A model generated the notes under the pieces. The model saw only the letters and a list, made by a program, of their open reading frames with translations, made no database searches and was not told the DNA's origin. A stretch of DNA of 64,000 nucleotides from IMG/VR virus record IMGVR_UViG_3300045972_000140, positions 1-64,000 of that record, one strand, 5' to 3'. Made by a program: the position numbers and the translations under genes. How positions within the stretch are numbered: position 1 is the first letter of the stretch; each line of letters begins with the position of its first letter. Shown piece after piece: positions 24,137 through 35,055 of this stretch. Source of the DNA: a virus.

Positions 24137-24436
24137 TATTTATCATCTACCGCTTAAAAGCCTAATTATACAGGTCTTTTAAGCATTGTCAAGTAATTCT
24201 TACAAATACTGTATAGTTAGTGTATGGGAATTGTTTAGTCCCAACCTTTAAATCTGTACCGGCTTCATATTAGTACAGCAACCACTATATACACTATCTC
24301 TCAACCTATGCCGCAAGTTTAACAAAGTTATAGTAGTCTGTCAAGTTATTCAGGTTATCTTCTAAGAAACAAACATATTGCTGCGACAAAAGTATTTATC
24401 ATCTGTCATTATAACAGTGCTTTAGATAGGTATCAA
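24137..24436 (-). promoter_or_regulatory. Promoter cluster driving the tRNA/ncRNA array
   Basis: TTGATA-17-TATAAT (24436-24408), TTGACA-17-TAAACT (24344-24316), TTGACA-16-TATAAT (24192-24165), plus GATAAATA at 24393-24400 and 24137-24144. Confidence 0.75.
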
Positions 24437-24496
24437 ACATCTTGGTTGCTTTTATACTTTGATTCACCATAAAGCTCTGCATAAGTAGCTAATGTA

Positions 24497-25171
24497 CTAC
24501 TTACCGTCTTGCCCGTCAACCTCTGATTGCTTATTCCACAAAAATGCAGATGTACCTATGTGAAACACATGCCTCGATGTATCAGCATCAACGAATATCT
24601 TGTATCCGTGATCTGTGACATTCATCCAGAAGTTCATATCTTCGCCTAAATAGTCATCGACTGTGTGATCGTATGTAATAGGGAACCATGGTTTAGGCAA
24701 ATCATAAAAAATTTCGGTGCGCGTCAATACGCAGCCCATTCCTATGCCATCTATCTGTACAAGCCCGGTTGACTCTCTACTAATACAGCTAGTCCAGTCC
24801 TGCAGGTCAGTATATGCTACTGCCTTTAGCGGTAATCCGCGGGTTGAATAATTACAGGCAACAGCATCCAAATTATGACCTAAAAGAATTTCGCATATGT
24901 TACGAGGAAATACCATATCTGAATCTAACCACAATATATGTGTAGCAGATGCGTCTAATGCACACCTCGCAAGCTTCTCGCGCTGATTTCCAATTAGTGT
25001 TCCTAGATTAAATTCTACTTGAGTATCTAAACCAATTAGTGTGTTGTATTGCACCATTGCCTGTAATGCGTATGCAAAATGTGCGTACATTTGGTCTTTG
25101 GTGGGGACGGCTACAAAAATTTTGGTCTTTGGTTTAGTAACCGACGGAATGAAGTAATTTTGTATATTCAC
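24497..25171 (-). CDS. Glycosyltransferase family 2-like protein
   Basis: HILWLDSDM (DxD), GMGCVL, LGEDMNF, HIG. Confidence 0.7.
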   Translation of the reverse strand: MNIQNYFIPSVTKPKTKIFVAVPTKDQMYAHFAYALQAMVQYNTLIGLDTQVEFNLGTLIGNQREKLARCALDASATHILWLDSDMVFPRNICEILLGHNLDAVACNYSTRGLPLKAVAYTDLQDWTSCISRESTGLVQIDGIGMGCVLTRTEIFYDLPKPWFPITYDHTVDDYLGEDMNFWMNVTDHGYKIFVDADTSRHVFHIGTSAFLWNKQSEVDGQDGK

Positions 25172-25662
25172 GATATTATGGGTATGCTCGAAGGTATAGG
25201 AGATTGCGTCGCTAGGCCCCTATCTCCTATTTCCTGTATCTTACTCGATAACCTACCAGCAACGGACATTGCTGCCACGTAATGTTCCTCTTCTAAACAC
25301 ATTAGTAAATCCATTGTCTCTGGTCGAATTCTGCCGTATGTAGATATTTCTAATGCGGATTGTCTTCCAAGTTTATGTATCCAATACGTAGGTTCTGCAT
25401 CTTCTATGTTTCCTATGCTGTTAGGGTCTATAGAAGATAAATGTGTATCTATCATTTTACATAATTTTTCTAATTCCATCTTTCTATAGAACGGAATATC
25501 TTTATCAATATAAAAAGAAGCTATATCTTTTCTTCTAGATAGATCGGAAATAAGATGAGGCACAGAATGATGTGCCCCAACAATGAATGTATCAAAATAA
25601 TACTGTGTAACAGGAATATCAATTAACGGGTCAAGTGTGCTCATTGCTATATTTATAGACAA
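25168..25662 (-). CDS. Hypothetical protein
   Basis: Tightly packed in the operon; start uncertain (25644 possible). Confidence 0.7.
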   Translation of the reverse strand: MSINIAMSTLDPLIDIPVTQYYFDTFIVGAHHSVPHLISDLSRRKDIASFYIDKDIPFYRKMELEKLCKMIDTHLSSIDPNSIGNIEDAEPTYWIHKLGRQSALEISTYGRIRPETMDLLMCLEEEHYVAAMSVAGRLSSKIQEIGDRGLATQSPIPSSIPIIS

Positions 25663-25677
25663 TGATCACCGACCTTA

Positions 25678-25878
25678 TTAATAATCGAACGGCGTAGTTC
25701 TTCCACCAAATACGTTACTAAACGGTGTGTTTATATTACCGCGACCTATGTAACCATTAAGTTTTACAGTGGCGCTACTACCTATGCTCACAGGTGTAGT
25801 AGATGTTGACCCAGAATAAGCGTGGCCTGTTCGGCCCATACTTATTCTAGTACCTGTTGCTGGTAGTGTAAAACTCAT
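25678..25878 (-). CDS. Small protein downstream of the fibre gene
   Basis: 66 aa, MSFTLPATG..ISM; 3-nt gap to the upstream gene. Confidence 0.65.
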   Translation of the reverse strand: MSFTLPATGTRISMGRTGHAYSGSTSTTPVSIGSSATVKLNGYIGRGNINTPFSNVFGGRTTPFDY

Positions 25879-25881
25879 TGT

Positions 25882-28800
25882 TTAACCTTTCAATGCAGCA
25901 ACTTGAGCTTTCAAATCATCGACCATTGCGCTAAGTTCTTTAATAGACTCAATAAGTACTGGTACTAATTTTTCATAAGCAACTGTCTTGAATGATTGTC
26001 CGTCAATGCTAGGTGAAGTGTGGATAAGCTCTGGTAATACTGCTTCAACCTGATCTGCATTTACACCTATATCGGGCTTGCCTGCCTTGAATTCAGTATG
26101 TGCAATACCTGCTCTCCAGACAAATCTATATCCGCCTAATTGTTTAACTATTGCTAATGCACCCGCAATAGGCACCATATTATCTTTTAACTTTGGATCA
26201 GAATATGCAACAACATCACCTGTTGCTATAAAATCACCCGATGTAGTAGTTGTGCCTGTGCCGCTATTTATGGAAACGCCTGCGGCACCAGAAACTATGT
26301 CAGTATACACTGTTGTTGCTGCAACCGATGCTAATCCTGCTAACGTCAATGTTGTAGAACCGAGCGGAATATTTGTAGAGCCAATTGTGATAGAACCTGC
26401 TGTTATCCCCGATGTAATTGCATCATCTACGTATTGCTTATTAGTTAAATCACTTGCACCTAGTCCAGTAGCATATTGCGATGCCGTAGGTCCTGCCACA
26501 GTTACCTTCGCACCTACTGCTAGAGTGTTTATAACATTACCAGTACCTGCTTGTAACGTTAATGTAGTTGCTGCATATATAAGGCCTGCGCCTGCTGTAC
26601 CAACATCGACTTTGCCAGATGTACCGCCATCTAACGCTAATCCTGCCTCACCAATGATAGTCATTGGTTGACCTACATCTGACTGGATAATAGATGGAGA
26701 ACCACCGCCTATTGTACAAACACCGGCATCGTCGATTACAATACGCTCGTTGCCGTCACCATCAGAAATAATAATTTGATTACTCAATCCGTCAATGGAT
26801 GCACCGTCTGTGCTACCAATAACAACATTTGATGTTCCATTTGTTACTGCGGCACCGGAATTATATCCAAGGAATACATTTCTATCGCCGGATGTTATAG
26901 CACTACCTGCACCATAACCAATTGCTGTATTGTTATTACCATTATTACTATTCAATGCATAGTAACCATCAGCAGTATTACCGTATCCGTCTACGTTACT
27001 ATATAAAGCATAATAACCATCTGCCGTATTACTGTTACCAGTAGTGTTACTAGTCAATGCATAATAACCATCAGCAGTATTACCAAAGCCGGTGGTGTTC
27101 GAATACAAAGCATAATAACCTGTAGCTGAATTAGCAGAACCAGTTGTATTATTAAATAACGAATATCCGCCAGTTGCCGTATTAAAGTTGCCGCTATCAT
27201 TGGTATTCAATGCAGAATAGCCCACTGCTGTATTACTATTACCTGTTACACTATATTGCAGCGCCATTGCCCCGATTGCAGTATTGTTATCTGTTGTAGT
27301 CTGCTGAAGAGACATATAACCGACTGCTGTATTATAATTGACACCGGAATAGCCGCCGGCAGTATACATCGATCTTTCACCAATTGCTGTATTGCCGTCG
27401 CCGTTTGGATTTTGATTAATTGTATTATTACCCAACGATACATTATATCTACCATTAGAATTGTTATGTGCCGAAAATGCACCAATTGATATATTAGAAT
27501 ATCCATTTCTGTTTTGATATGCTGCCTCCATACCAATAGCAATATTTGCATAACCGTCGCTACCATTTTCCGATGTACTAATACTTACGTCATTATATAA
27601 CGCATTTGTACCAATACCGATTGATCCACCATTTTCGCCGCCGTTGTATAGCGCACTATAACCGATTGCGATTTTATCTGACTTAGTTGTATTAAAATAA
27701 GATGCGTTAACACCTATGGCAACGTTATTGGTACCTGTTGTATTACTGTTTAATGCATTATAACCATCTGCTACGTTGTTGGAACCATATGTATTATTGA
27801 GTAATGCATAATGACCTGTTGCATTATTTCCCGATGCATCACCTTCGCCACTTCCAGCATTATTTTGCAATGCCTGGTTACCAATAGCAACGTTGTATTG
27901 ACCTAGTTGGTTATAGTTCATTGCCTGCAAGCCGATTGCTACATTGTTACTTGCCGTGCTGTACTGCAATGTATAATTACCAATTGATGTATTCTTTTCG
28001 CCAACATTGCCGGCGTACATTGAATAATGGCCCATTGCAATATTATTTGTACCAGTATACGGACCATATGTGCTACCGTATAATACTTTATTACCAATAC
28101 CAATATTAGAATAGCCATCACCTTCGCCGTATCCGGATGCATCGTTATATAGCGCCTGATTTCCTATAGCAATAGATCCTGTACCACTTGTATTTGCATA
28201 TAACGATTCGTCACCTATTGCGATATTGTAAGATGAATTTAAATTGTATGCTGCAGATTTTCCAAATACAATGTTAGAACTACCGTTATTGATAGAATAT
28301 AAAGATTGGTAACCATTGGCAATGTTGTAGCTGCCCTTCTGGTTGCCTTGCGTTGATTGATAACCACATGCGCTATTGTGCGAGCCAGTTGTATTTTGAT
28401 TTAATGCTTGATAACCGCACGCATTATTACCGATGCCCGTTGTATTAGAATATAAACTTTCGTATCCAATTGCAGTGTTGGCATAACCGTCTGTATTAAG
28501 AAACATCGTCCTGGTACCAAGTGCAATATTATTTGTACCAGTAGTATTATTTGTTAATGCAGTGTATCCGTCGGCAATATTGTCTGTACCAGTTGTATTA
28601 TTTGCTAATGCAGATGTACCAAATGCTATATTATGCTGACCTAATGTGTTGGCATATAAAGAATTAAAACCTAATGCAATATTACCGATGCCGGTGGTTC
28701 CATATCCGTCGGATGTATTACTAAAAAGAGCACTGTCTCCTAGTGCAATATTGTTATATCCATCGATATTACTATATAATGCTTGATTTCCTAATGCAAT

Positions 28801-29514
28801 ATTACTGTAACCAGTATCGTTACTCATCATTGATTTAGAACCAATGGAGATATTGTCGTAACCAGATGTATTACCGTTTAACGCTTGGCGACCAGTGGCT
28901 ACGTTATTTGAACCAGTGGTGTTATTATACATTGCATTATTGCCCATAGCGATATTGTCGTGGCCGTCGCCACTATCACTAACACCCAGAGTATTGTATA
29001 GTGAATTATATCCTACCGCAATGTTGTCACTACCCGATTCATTCGAGTATAAAGTGTTAACGCCTATACCTACGTTGTTGTTACCGTCTATGTTACTATA
29101 TAATGCTTGTGAACCCATAGCAGCATTATTGTTACCTGTTGTATTTTGATATAATGTAAGGTAGCCGTCGGCTACGTTATTACTACCAGTAGTATTATTA
29201 TATAATGAATTATAACCATCGGCTACGTTGCCGGAACCAGTTGTGTTATTCAGCATTGACCACGCACCAACAGCCGTGTTACCATATCCGTCTACATTAG
29301 AATATAATGCATTATAACCGATTGCGGTTGTTGCCATACCGTCATTGGTTATACTTTTTAATGCATCAATACCTAATGCTGTGTTGTTATTTCGTGTATA
29401 AGAAGCAAATAATATATTGCCCCAGCCTGTTCCGTTATAGGTTAAGAAGTTGCCGGGCAATAAGCCGACAATATCAATATCGTTTAGTTGTGAGAGAGTT
29501 ACAGGTGTAGACAT
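25882..29514 (-). CDS. Tail fibre/adhesin with 14-aa NxAxGxxAL repeats and C-terminal intramolecular chaperone (peptidase S74-like)
   Basis: Dozens of NTAIGY.AL..NTTG repeats; YSDPKLK...IGVNADQV..VLPE...YEKLVPVLIESIKEL coiled coil. Confidence 0.85.
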   Translation of the reverse strand: MSTPVTLSQLNDIDIVGLLPGNFLTYNGTGWGNILFASYTRNNNTALGIDALKSITNDGMATTAIGYNALYSNVDGYGNTAVGAWSMLNNTTGSGNVADGYNSLYNNTTGSNNVADGYLTLYQNTTGNNNAAMGSQALYSNIDGNNNVGIGVNTLYSNESGSDNIAVGYNSLYNTLGVSDSGDGHDNIAMGNNAMYNNTTGSNNVATGRQALNGNTSGYDNISIGSKSMMSNDTGYSNIALGNQALYSNIDGYNNIALGDSALFSNTSDGYGTTGIGNIALGFNSLYANTLGQHNIAFGTSALANNTTGTDNIADGYTALTNNTTGTNNIALGTRTMFLNTDGYANTAIGYESLYSNTTGIGNNACGYQALNQNTTGSHNSACGYQSTQGNQKGSYNIANGYQSLYSINNGSSNIVFGKSAAYNLNSSYNIAIGDESLYANTSGTGSIAIGNQALYNDASGYGEGDGYSNIGIGNKVLYGSTYGPYTGTNNIAMGHYSMYAGNVGEKNTSIGNYTLQYSTASNNVAIGLQAMNYNQLGQYNVAIGNQALQNNAGSGEGDASGNNATGHYALLNNTYGSNNVADGYNALNSNTTGTNNVAIGVNASYFNTTKSDKIAIGYSALYNGGENGGSIGIGTNALYNDVSISTSENGSDGYANIAIGMEAAYQNRNGYSNISIGAFSAHNNSNGRYNVSLGNNTINQNPNGDGNTAIGERSMYTAGGYSGVNYNTAVGYMSLQQTTTDNNTAIGAMALQYSVTGNSNTAVGYSALNTNDSGNFNTATGGYSLFNNTTGSANSATGYYALYSNTTGFGNTADGYYALTSNTTGNSNTADGYYALYSNVDGYGNTADGYYALNSNNGNNNTAIGYGAGSAITSGDRNVFLGYNSGAAVTNGTSNVVIGSTDGASIDGLSNQIIISDGDGNERIVIDDAGVCTIGGGSPSIIQSDVGQPMTIIGEAGLALDGGTSGKVDVGTAGAGLIYAATTLTLQAGTGNVINTLAVGAKVTVAGPTASQYATGLGASDLTNKQYVDDAITSGITAGSITIGSTNIPLGSTTLTLAGLASVAATTVYTDIVSGAAGVSINSGTGTTTTSGDFIATGDVVAYSDPKLKDNMVPIAGALAIVKQLGGYRFVWRAGIAHTEFKAGKPDIGVNADQVEAVLPELIHTSPSIDGQSFKTVAYEKLVPVLIESIKELSAMVDDLKAQVAALKG

Positions 29515-29544
29515 TTATAGAATCCTTGTTTTTGCTTTTAAAAA

Positions 29545-29778
29545 TTAAACTGCTACGTTGCTTGCTGCTGTCAACGGTGCTAAATTTTCTGTTGACCAGA
29601 AAGTCTTAGCGAGCATAATTTTCAAATGAGCAACATTACGCTTTACTGTAGCAATTTCTTCTGCAGAGCGTGTTGGCAAGGCCATAAGTTTGTTAATAAG
29701 GTTAACAGAATCCATTGCTGCGCTATAGTGTTTAGCGATTTCTGCTGGTGTTGGAACTGTTGTTGTTGGTGTTGCCAT
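29545..29778 (-). CDS. Hypothetical protein
   Basis: GGAG RBS before MATPT, GATAAATA at 29807-29814. Confidence 0.7.
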   Translation of the reverse strand: MATPTTTVPTPAEIAKHYSAAMDSVNLINKLMALPTRSAEEIATVKRNVAHLKIMLAKTFWSTENLAPLTAASNVAV

Positions 29779-29844
29779 AATGACTCCTAATTGATAATTA
29801 ATCAAGTATTTATCAAAAAGAATGGTTTATATTAACACGATGTA

Positions 29845-30639
29845 CTATATACCTTGCTTTTTTGGGCGCCAAATTTCATGTCCCGAATATTGCTGGATAA
29901 GATCTGGTGGTAAAATCATTTTACGTTCTATATAAGAGACTTTTTTGCGAGTTGTATGTAGCCCTGTTAACTGTATTTCGCTGTCAAACTCGTCGTACGA
30001 ACACTCAACATTGTCGAAATTATGATTAAAGTAAGGTTTACCGATAAAATTATAAATTTCTTTCATGGTCTTCTCAGGGGACCTAGCTAAATTATCGTAT
30101 TCCATTATGTAAATAGACGATTTTTCGGTCGAATAAATGGCTTGCTTTACCCCATCGAACGCAAACCCTAATGTCTTATCGGGTCGCATTAATGTATGTG
30201 CTCTACTATATACATTTACATTTTCGGCAGGAGCAAACATAGTGGTTGTAGATAGGAAATTCTTTCTGACAAGTGTTTCAAACGAATCTAAAATCCAGGG
30301 CAAGGATCGTACACATAGTATCATTTTAGACTGCGGATACAAATCCTTCAATAAGGGGGTCAATAATGACCACCCACGGTTGGTATCAAAGTAAACTTCT
30401 TTCCCTTTTGTATCGCAGTAGTTGTCAAATATTCCGTATATAAGCTTTTTACGCATCTCTGGTGGACACTGATATTTATAACCACCCTGTGACGAAGATT
30501 CGGATATGATTGCACGCACAAATCGTGCAAGAGGACCAGAGATTGATGCGTTAAATGTTGGATTCTGATTAAGAATTGTGGATAACAGTGTTGAACCAGA
30601 CCTTGGTAAGCCAGAAATAAAGTGAAACTGCTTAGACAT
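29845..30639 (-). CDS. Sulfotransferase family protein
   Basis: FISGLPRSGSTLL PAPS loop, VRS....LDS, EYDNL. Confidence 0.85.
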   Translation of the reverse strand: MSKQFHFISGLPRSGSTLLSTILNQNPTFNASISGPLARFVRAIISESSSQGGYKYQCPPEMRKKLIYGIFDNYCDTKGKEVYFDTNRGWSLLTPLLKDLYPQSKMILCVRSLPWILDSFETLVRKNFLSTTTMFAPAENVNVYSRAHTLMRPDKTLGFAFDGVKQAIYSTEKSSIYIMEYDNLARSPEKTMKEIYNFIGKPYFNHNFDNVECSYDEFDSEIQLTGLHTTRKKVSYIERKMILPPDLIQQYSGHEIWRPKKQGI

Positions 30640-30682
30640 AAATACCCCGTGTTAATAGGAGTATTTATGTCTGCAATACGAG

Positions 30683-33600
30683 TTAGGTTAAATTAACTAT
30701 CTTAGCTATACCTGCGTCTACAATCATTGGAAGATTATATTTACTAGAATTATTTACAATTTTAGCAATTTGCTGACCACCTGCTACTACAAAATAAGAT
30801 CCATTTGATGCCACAACCGAGGCCGGGATGGCACCACGTAATGTCCAAGTGATACCATCCGGAGAAGTGGCAGAATTAAATGCAGAATTAGAAACTGCAC
30901 AAAATAAAGACCCATTCCACGCAATCGAAACCCATCCTACAGCAGCAGGTAATGTTCGTTGAGTCCAGGTAATGCCATCTGGAGAGGTAGCAGCAATATT
31001 GCTACTAAGAGCCACAGCACAAAATAAAGACCCATTCCACGCAATCGAATACCAATTAACAGCAGTAGGTAATGTTTGTTGTGTCCAAGTGATACCATCG
31101 GGGGAAGTAAGAGCAACCGAACTGGTAAATCCTATTACACAAAATAAGGATCCATTCCACGCAATTGATGTCCAAGTAGTAGAAGCAGGTAATGTTCGTG
31201 CAGTCCAAGTAATACCATCTGGAGAAGTAGCTGCAACAGTAGTATTAGCGATAGCACAAAAGACAGATCCGTTCCATGCAATTGAGGACCAATTAGATGC
31301 AGATGGTAATGTTCGTTGTGTCCAAGTAATACCATCTGGAGATGTAGCAGCAATGTTACTGGTACTAGTGGATACAGCACAAAAAATAGATCCATTCCAT
31401 GCAATTGAGCTCCACGTAGCCTGGACAGGCATCGATCGTGCATACCAAGTTATTCCATCAGAAGAAGTAAGACTAGCAACACCCGTAGAGACAGCACAAA
31501 AAATAGATCCATTCCACGCAATTGCATTCCAAGTTGATGATGGAATCGACTCCCACGTCTGTAAGTCCGAACTTACGGCTACTAAATTACTAGACGTTGT
31601 ACTAATACATACTGTATTGGTAGACGACGAATTTATTAGAGAATAATTTGCTAAAGCGTTATTTGTATTTGTCCATGTTATAGCATCTGCGGATTTACTT
31701 AAGAAATTAGGTCCCGCAGCAGCGAAGGAGGTACCCAATGCTGTAATTGCTGCATATGCAGGAGATGCCTGCCACGGTGTAAATCCGTTACTAGAAATAA
31801 AAGACGTTGTTGCAGATGACGAGATCGCACAGAATTTTGAGCCCATGCTGCATACTGCTGCTAGAGTATTCAAATACGGCATCGTTTGTTGCGTCCAAGT
31901 AATTCCGTCTGGAGAGGTAGCTACCAAAGGGCCCGATACGACGCAAAAGATAGATCCGTTCCATGCAACAGAAGCCCAACTAGAGAAAGATGGTAATGTT
32001 CGCGCTGTCCACGTAATACCATCCGGTGAAGTAGCAGCAACGGAAGTAAATTGAGCTGCTGCAAAGAAAACAGATCCATTCCACGCAATTGAGATCCACG
32101 TCGCCGAGGCAGGTAATGTTCGTGCAGTCCAAGTAATACCATCTGGAGAAGTGGCTGCGGTAGTACTAGCCGATGCAAGAGCACAAAAAACAGATCCGTT
32201 CCATGCAATCGAGGTCCAACTAGCTGCAGATGGTAATGTTCGTGCTGTCCAAGTAATACCATCTGGAGAAGTGGCTGCGGCCGAGCTGTTACTATTAGAA
32301 ACTATACAGAATGTTGAACCACTCCACGCGATAGCAACCCAACTAGCAGAAGACGGTAATGTTTGTGCTGTCCAGGTAATGCCATCCGGAGATGTAGCTG
32401 CGGCTGTGCTGTTTTGACTAATAGCACAAAAAACAGATCCGTTCCACGCAACAGAAGTCCATGTAGCAGTGGTAGGTAACGGTCTCGCAGTCCAGGTAAG
32501 TCCGTCTGTAGAAGTAGCAGCAATATTACCGCTTGTGTTTGATATAGCAACAAAGGTAGTACTGTTAGACGCAATAGACTTCCATTGTGCAGCAGGTAAT
32601 GGGGAAATAGTAGGTGACCATGTTGCCCCTGTTGCACTAGTAAGACACCTATTTAAATTTGTAATAGCAGCAAACTTAGAACCATTCCATGCAATGGATG
32701 CAACAGTTTCAGTTGAGACTGGATTATCTGCAATTGGTTGTAACGTCCAGGTAGATCCATCTGTGGTTTTATAAACTGAATTGTTATTACCTGCAATAAT
32801 ATATGTCGATGCCCCGAATGCAACACTGCCTGTAGCTGTGCCCATAAGTCGTGTAGTTGTATAAGTAACAAGATCGGTTGTAGAACATGCACCGATTGTC
32901 GGCGATATGAAATAAGCAGTACCATCTACTTTAGTTGCTAAAGTACCGTTACCATTAACAGAAGGTGTTGTCTTTCTTGTCCATGTAATGCCATCGGGCG
33001 AGGTTGCAGCGACACCGTTTAATGCAGATGATATAGCACAAAATAAAGATCCATTCCATATAATTCTGCTCCAAGCAGTAACAGATGGTAATACTCGTTG
33101 TGTCCAAGTGATGCCATCTGGAGAAGTAGCGGCTATAGCACTATTTGACCCGACGGTACAAAAGACAGATCCGTTCCATGCTATAGAAATCCAACTAACA
33201 GACGACGGTAATGTACGCTGGGTCCAAGTAATACCATCTGGAGAAGTGGCGGCTACAGTACCACCTAATGCAACAGCACAAAAGACAGATCCGTTCCACG
33301 CCATAGAAATCCAGCTAGCCGAGACAGGTAATACTCGTTGGGTCCACGTAATACCATCTGGTGAAGTGGCGGCAATAGTGCTACCAGTTCCTATAATACA
33401 AAATACAGATCCATTCCAGGTGATGGCGCCCCAGCTGGTAGAGACAGGTAATACTCGTTGGGTCCACGTAATACCATCTGGTGAAGTGGCGGCTATGGTG
33501 CTAATACCCGAAGGCGAACAAAAAACTGTTCCATTCCATGCAATTGAGTTCCAATTACCGGAAATAGGTAATTGACGTACCGTCCAATTTATACCATCTG

Positions 33601-35047
33601 TTGAGGTCATTGCTGATGTGGCGCCCGAGGCCACTGTACAAAATGTTGTACCATTCCATGCAGGTGTAGACCATGTACCCGTAATAGAACTTGTTCCTAG
33701 TATATTTGCCGTCCAAGCAACACCACTATTTGTAGAAGTTGCTGTCGTTATATTATTACCTGCTATAGCACAGAATGTTGTGCCACCCGCTGCTATACCA
33801 GTCCACGAATCTTGAGTGGGCATTGTTCGTGCAGTCCACGTGATGCCATCGGGCGAAGTGGTTGCAGCATTGGTGCCACTAACAACACAAAAAGCAGATC
33901 CATTCCACGCAATCGAACTCCAATTAGATGGTGACGGTAGTGTCCGCGTGGTCCAGGTAATGCCATCTGGAGAAGTAGCGGCAGAGGTACTAGCAAATGG
34001 TACAGCACAAAATAAAGATCCATTCCAAGCAATTGCATTCCATATCAGTGAAGACGGTAATGTACGTGCAGTCCAAGTAATGCCATCTGAAGAAGTGGCG
34101 GCTATAGTACTAGATTGAGCAATAGCGCAGAATGTTGTGCCACCTGCTGCTATACCAATCCACGTAGAAGAAGAAGGTAATACTCGCTGTGTCCAAGTAA
34201 TTCCATCTGGAGAAGTGGCGGCTATAGTACTAGATTGAGCTATGGCACAAAATACAGATCCATTCCACGCTAACCCAATCCAAGTAGCAGAAACAGGTAA
34301 TATTCGCTGTGTCCAAGTAATTCCATCTGGAGAAGTGGCGGCTATAGTACTAGATTGAGATATGGCACAAAATACTGTTCCGTTCCATACAATTGAATTC
34401 CAAGTTGCCGAAGTTGGTAACGATCGTTGTGTCCAGTTAACACCGTCTGAAGAAGTAGCAGCATTGATAGTCGATTGATTTACAGCGCAAAATACAGATC
34501 CATTCCATGCAATTGCTTTCCAGCCGTTTGTGGTTCCCGGCATACCGGGCGACTGCCCTGTCCAACTAGTTCCATTATTTGTACTAGATATGGTTCCAAC
34601 CGATGTGATTGCTACTAGTTTAGTACCTATCGACACAACTGACTTAAATGCGGCACCTACTGCATTACTAGAAGTCCAAGTGATACCATCGGTTGAGATT
34701 GCCGCTTTACATTCAGAGGACGATACAGCGCAAAATACGGTACCATTCCATGTCACTGATACCCAAGAAGAAACAGATGGCATTGTAGTAGCAGACCAAT
34801 TTTTGCCGTCTGTGCTATAAATCGCCGTTGCCGAGTTTGTGCTACCTATAGAAATCCATTTTCCGTTACCAAATACCGGTGTTATCCAAACCTGATTTCC
34901 CGGTAAACTAACACTAGAAATCGATACAGTAGTACCATCTTGTAAATATCCTGCAAGTGCTGTATTTGTTGATTTATTAATAGATGCAGGAGAAGTGGAT
35001 ACATTATATCCAGATAATACGCCAACTGTCGAAAGTAATTTTGTCAT
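30683..35047 (-). CDS. Large beta-propeller-like repeat protein (Asp-box-like SPDGITW repeats)
   Basis: ~40-aa repeat W.SIAWNGSVFCAI...AATSPDGITWT.RTLP. Confidence 0.8.
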   Translation of the reverse strand: MTKLLSTVGVLSGYNVSTSPASINKSTNTALAGYLQDGTTVSISSVSLPGNQVWITPVFGNGKWISIGSTNSATAIYSTDGKNWSATTMPSVSSWVSVTWNGTVFCAVSSSECKAAISTDGITWTSSNAVGAAFKSVVSIGTKLVAITSVGTISSTNNGTSWTGQSPGMPGTTNGWKAIAWNGSVFCAVNQSTINAATSSDGVNWTQRSLPTSATWNSIVWNGTVFCAISQSSTIAATSPDGITWTQRILPVSATWIGLAWNGSVFCAIAQSSTIAATSPDGITWTQRVLPSSSTWIGIAAGGTTFCAIAQSSTIAATSSDGITWTARTLPSSLIWNAIAWNGSLFCAVPFASTSAATSPDGITWTTRTLPSPSNWSSIAWNGSAFCVVSGTNAATTSPDGITWTARTMPTQDSWTGIAAGGTTFCAIAGNNITTATSTNSGVAWTANILGTSSITGTWSTPAWNGTTFCTVASGATSAMTSTDGINWTVRQLPISGNWNSIAWNGTVFCSPSGISTIAATSPDGITWTQRVLPVSTSWGAITWNGSVFCIIGTGSTIAATSPDGITWTQRVLPVSASWISMAWNGSVFCAVALGGTVAATSPDGITWTQRTLPSSVSWISIAWNGSVFCTVGSNSAIAATSPDGITWTQRVLPSVTAWSRIIWNGSLFCAISSALNGVAATSPDGITWTRKTTPSVNGNGTLATKVDGTAYFISPTIGACSTTDLVTYTTTRLMGTATGSVAFGASTYIIAGNNNSVYKTTDGSTWTLQPIADNPVSTETVASIAWNGSKFAAITNLNRCLTSATGATWSPTISPLPAAQWKSIASNSTTFVAISNTSGNIAATSTDGLTWTARPLPTTATWTSVAWNGSVFCAISQNSTAAATSPDGITWTAQTLPSSASWVAIAWSGSTFCIVSNSNSSAAATSPDGITWTARTLPSAASWTSIAWNGSVFCALASASTTAATSPDGITWTARTLPASATWISIAWNGSVFFAAAQFTSVAATSPDGITWTARTLPSFSSWASVAWNGSIFCVVSGPLVATSPDGITWTQQTMPYLNTLAAVCSMGSKFCAISSSATTSFISSNGFTPWQASPAYAAITALGTSFAAAGPNFLSKSADAITWTNTNNALANYSLINSSSTNTVCISTTSSNLVAVSSDLQTWESIPSSTWNAIAWNGSIFCAVSTGVASLTSSDGITWYARSMPVQATWSSIAWNGSIFCAVSTSTSNIAATSPDGITWTQRTLPSASNWSSIAWNGSVFCAIANTTVAATSPDGITWTARTLPASTTWTSIAWNGSLFCVIGFTSSVALTSPDGITWTQQTLPTAVNWYSIAWNGSLFCAVALSSNIAATSPDGITWTQRTLPAAVGWVSIAWNGSLFCAVSNSAFNSATSPDGITWTLRGAIPASVVASNGSYFVVAGGQQIAKIVNNSSKYNLPMIVDAGIAKIVNLT

Positions 35048-35055
35048 TGTTAACC

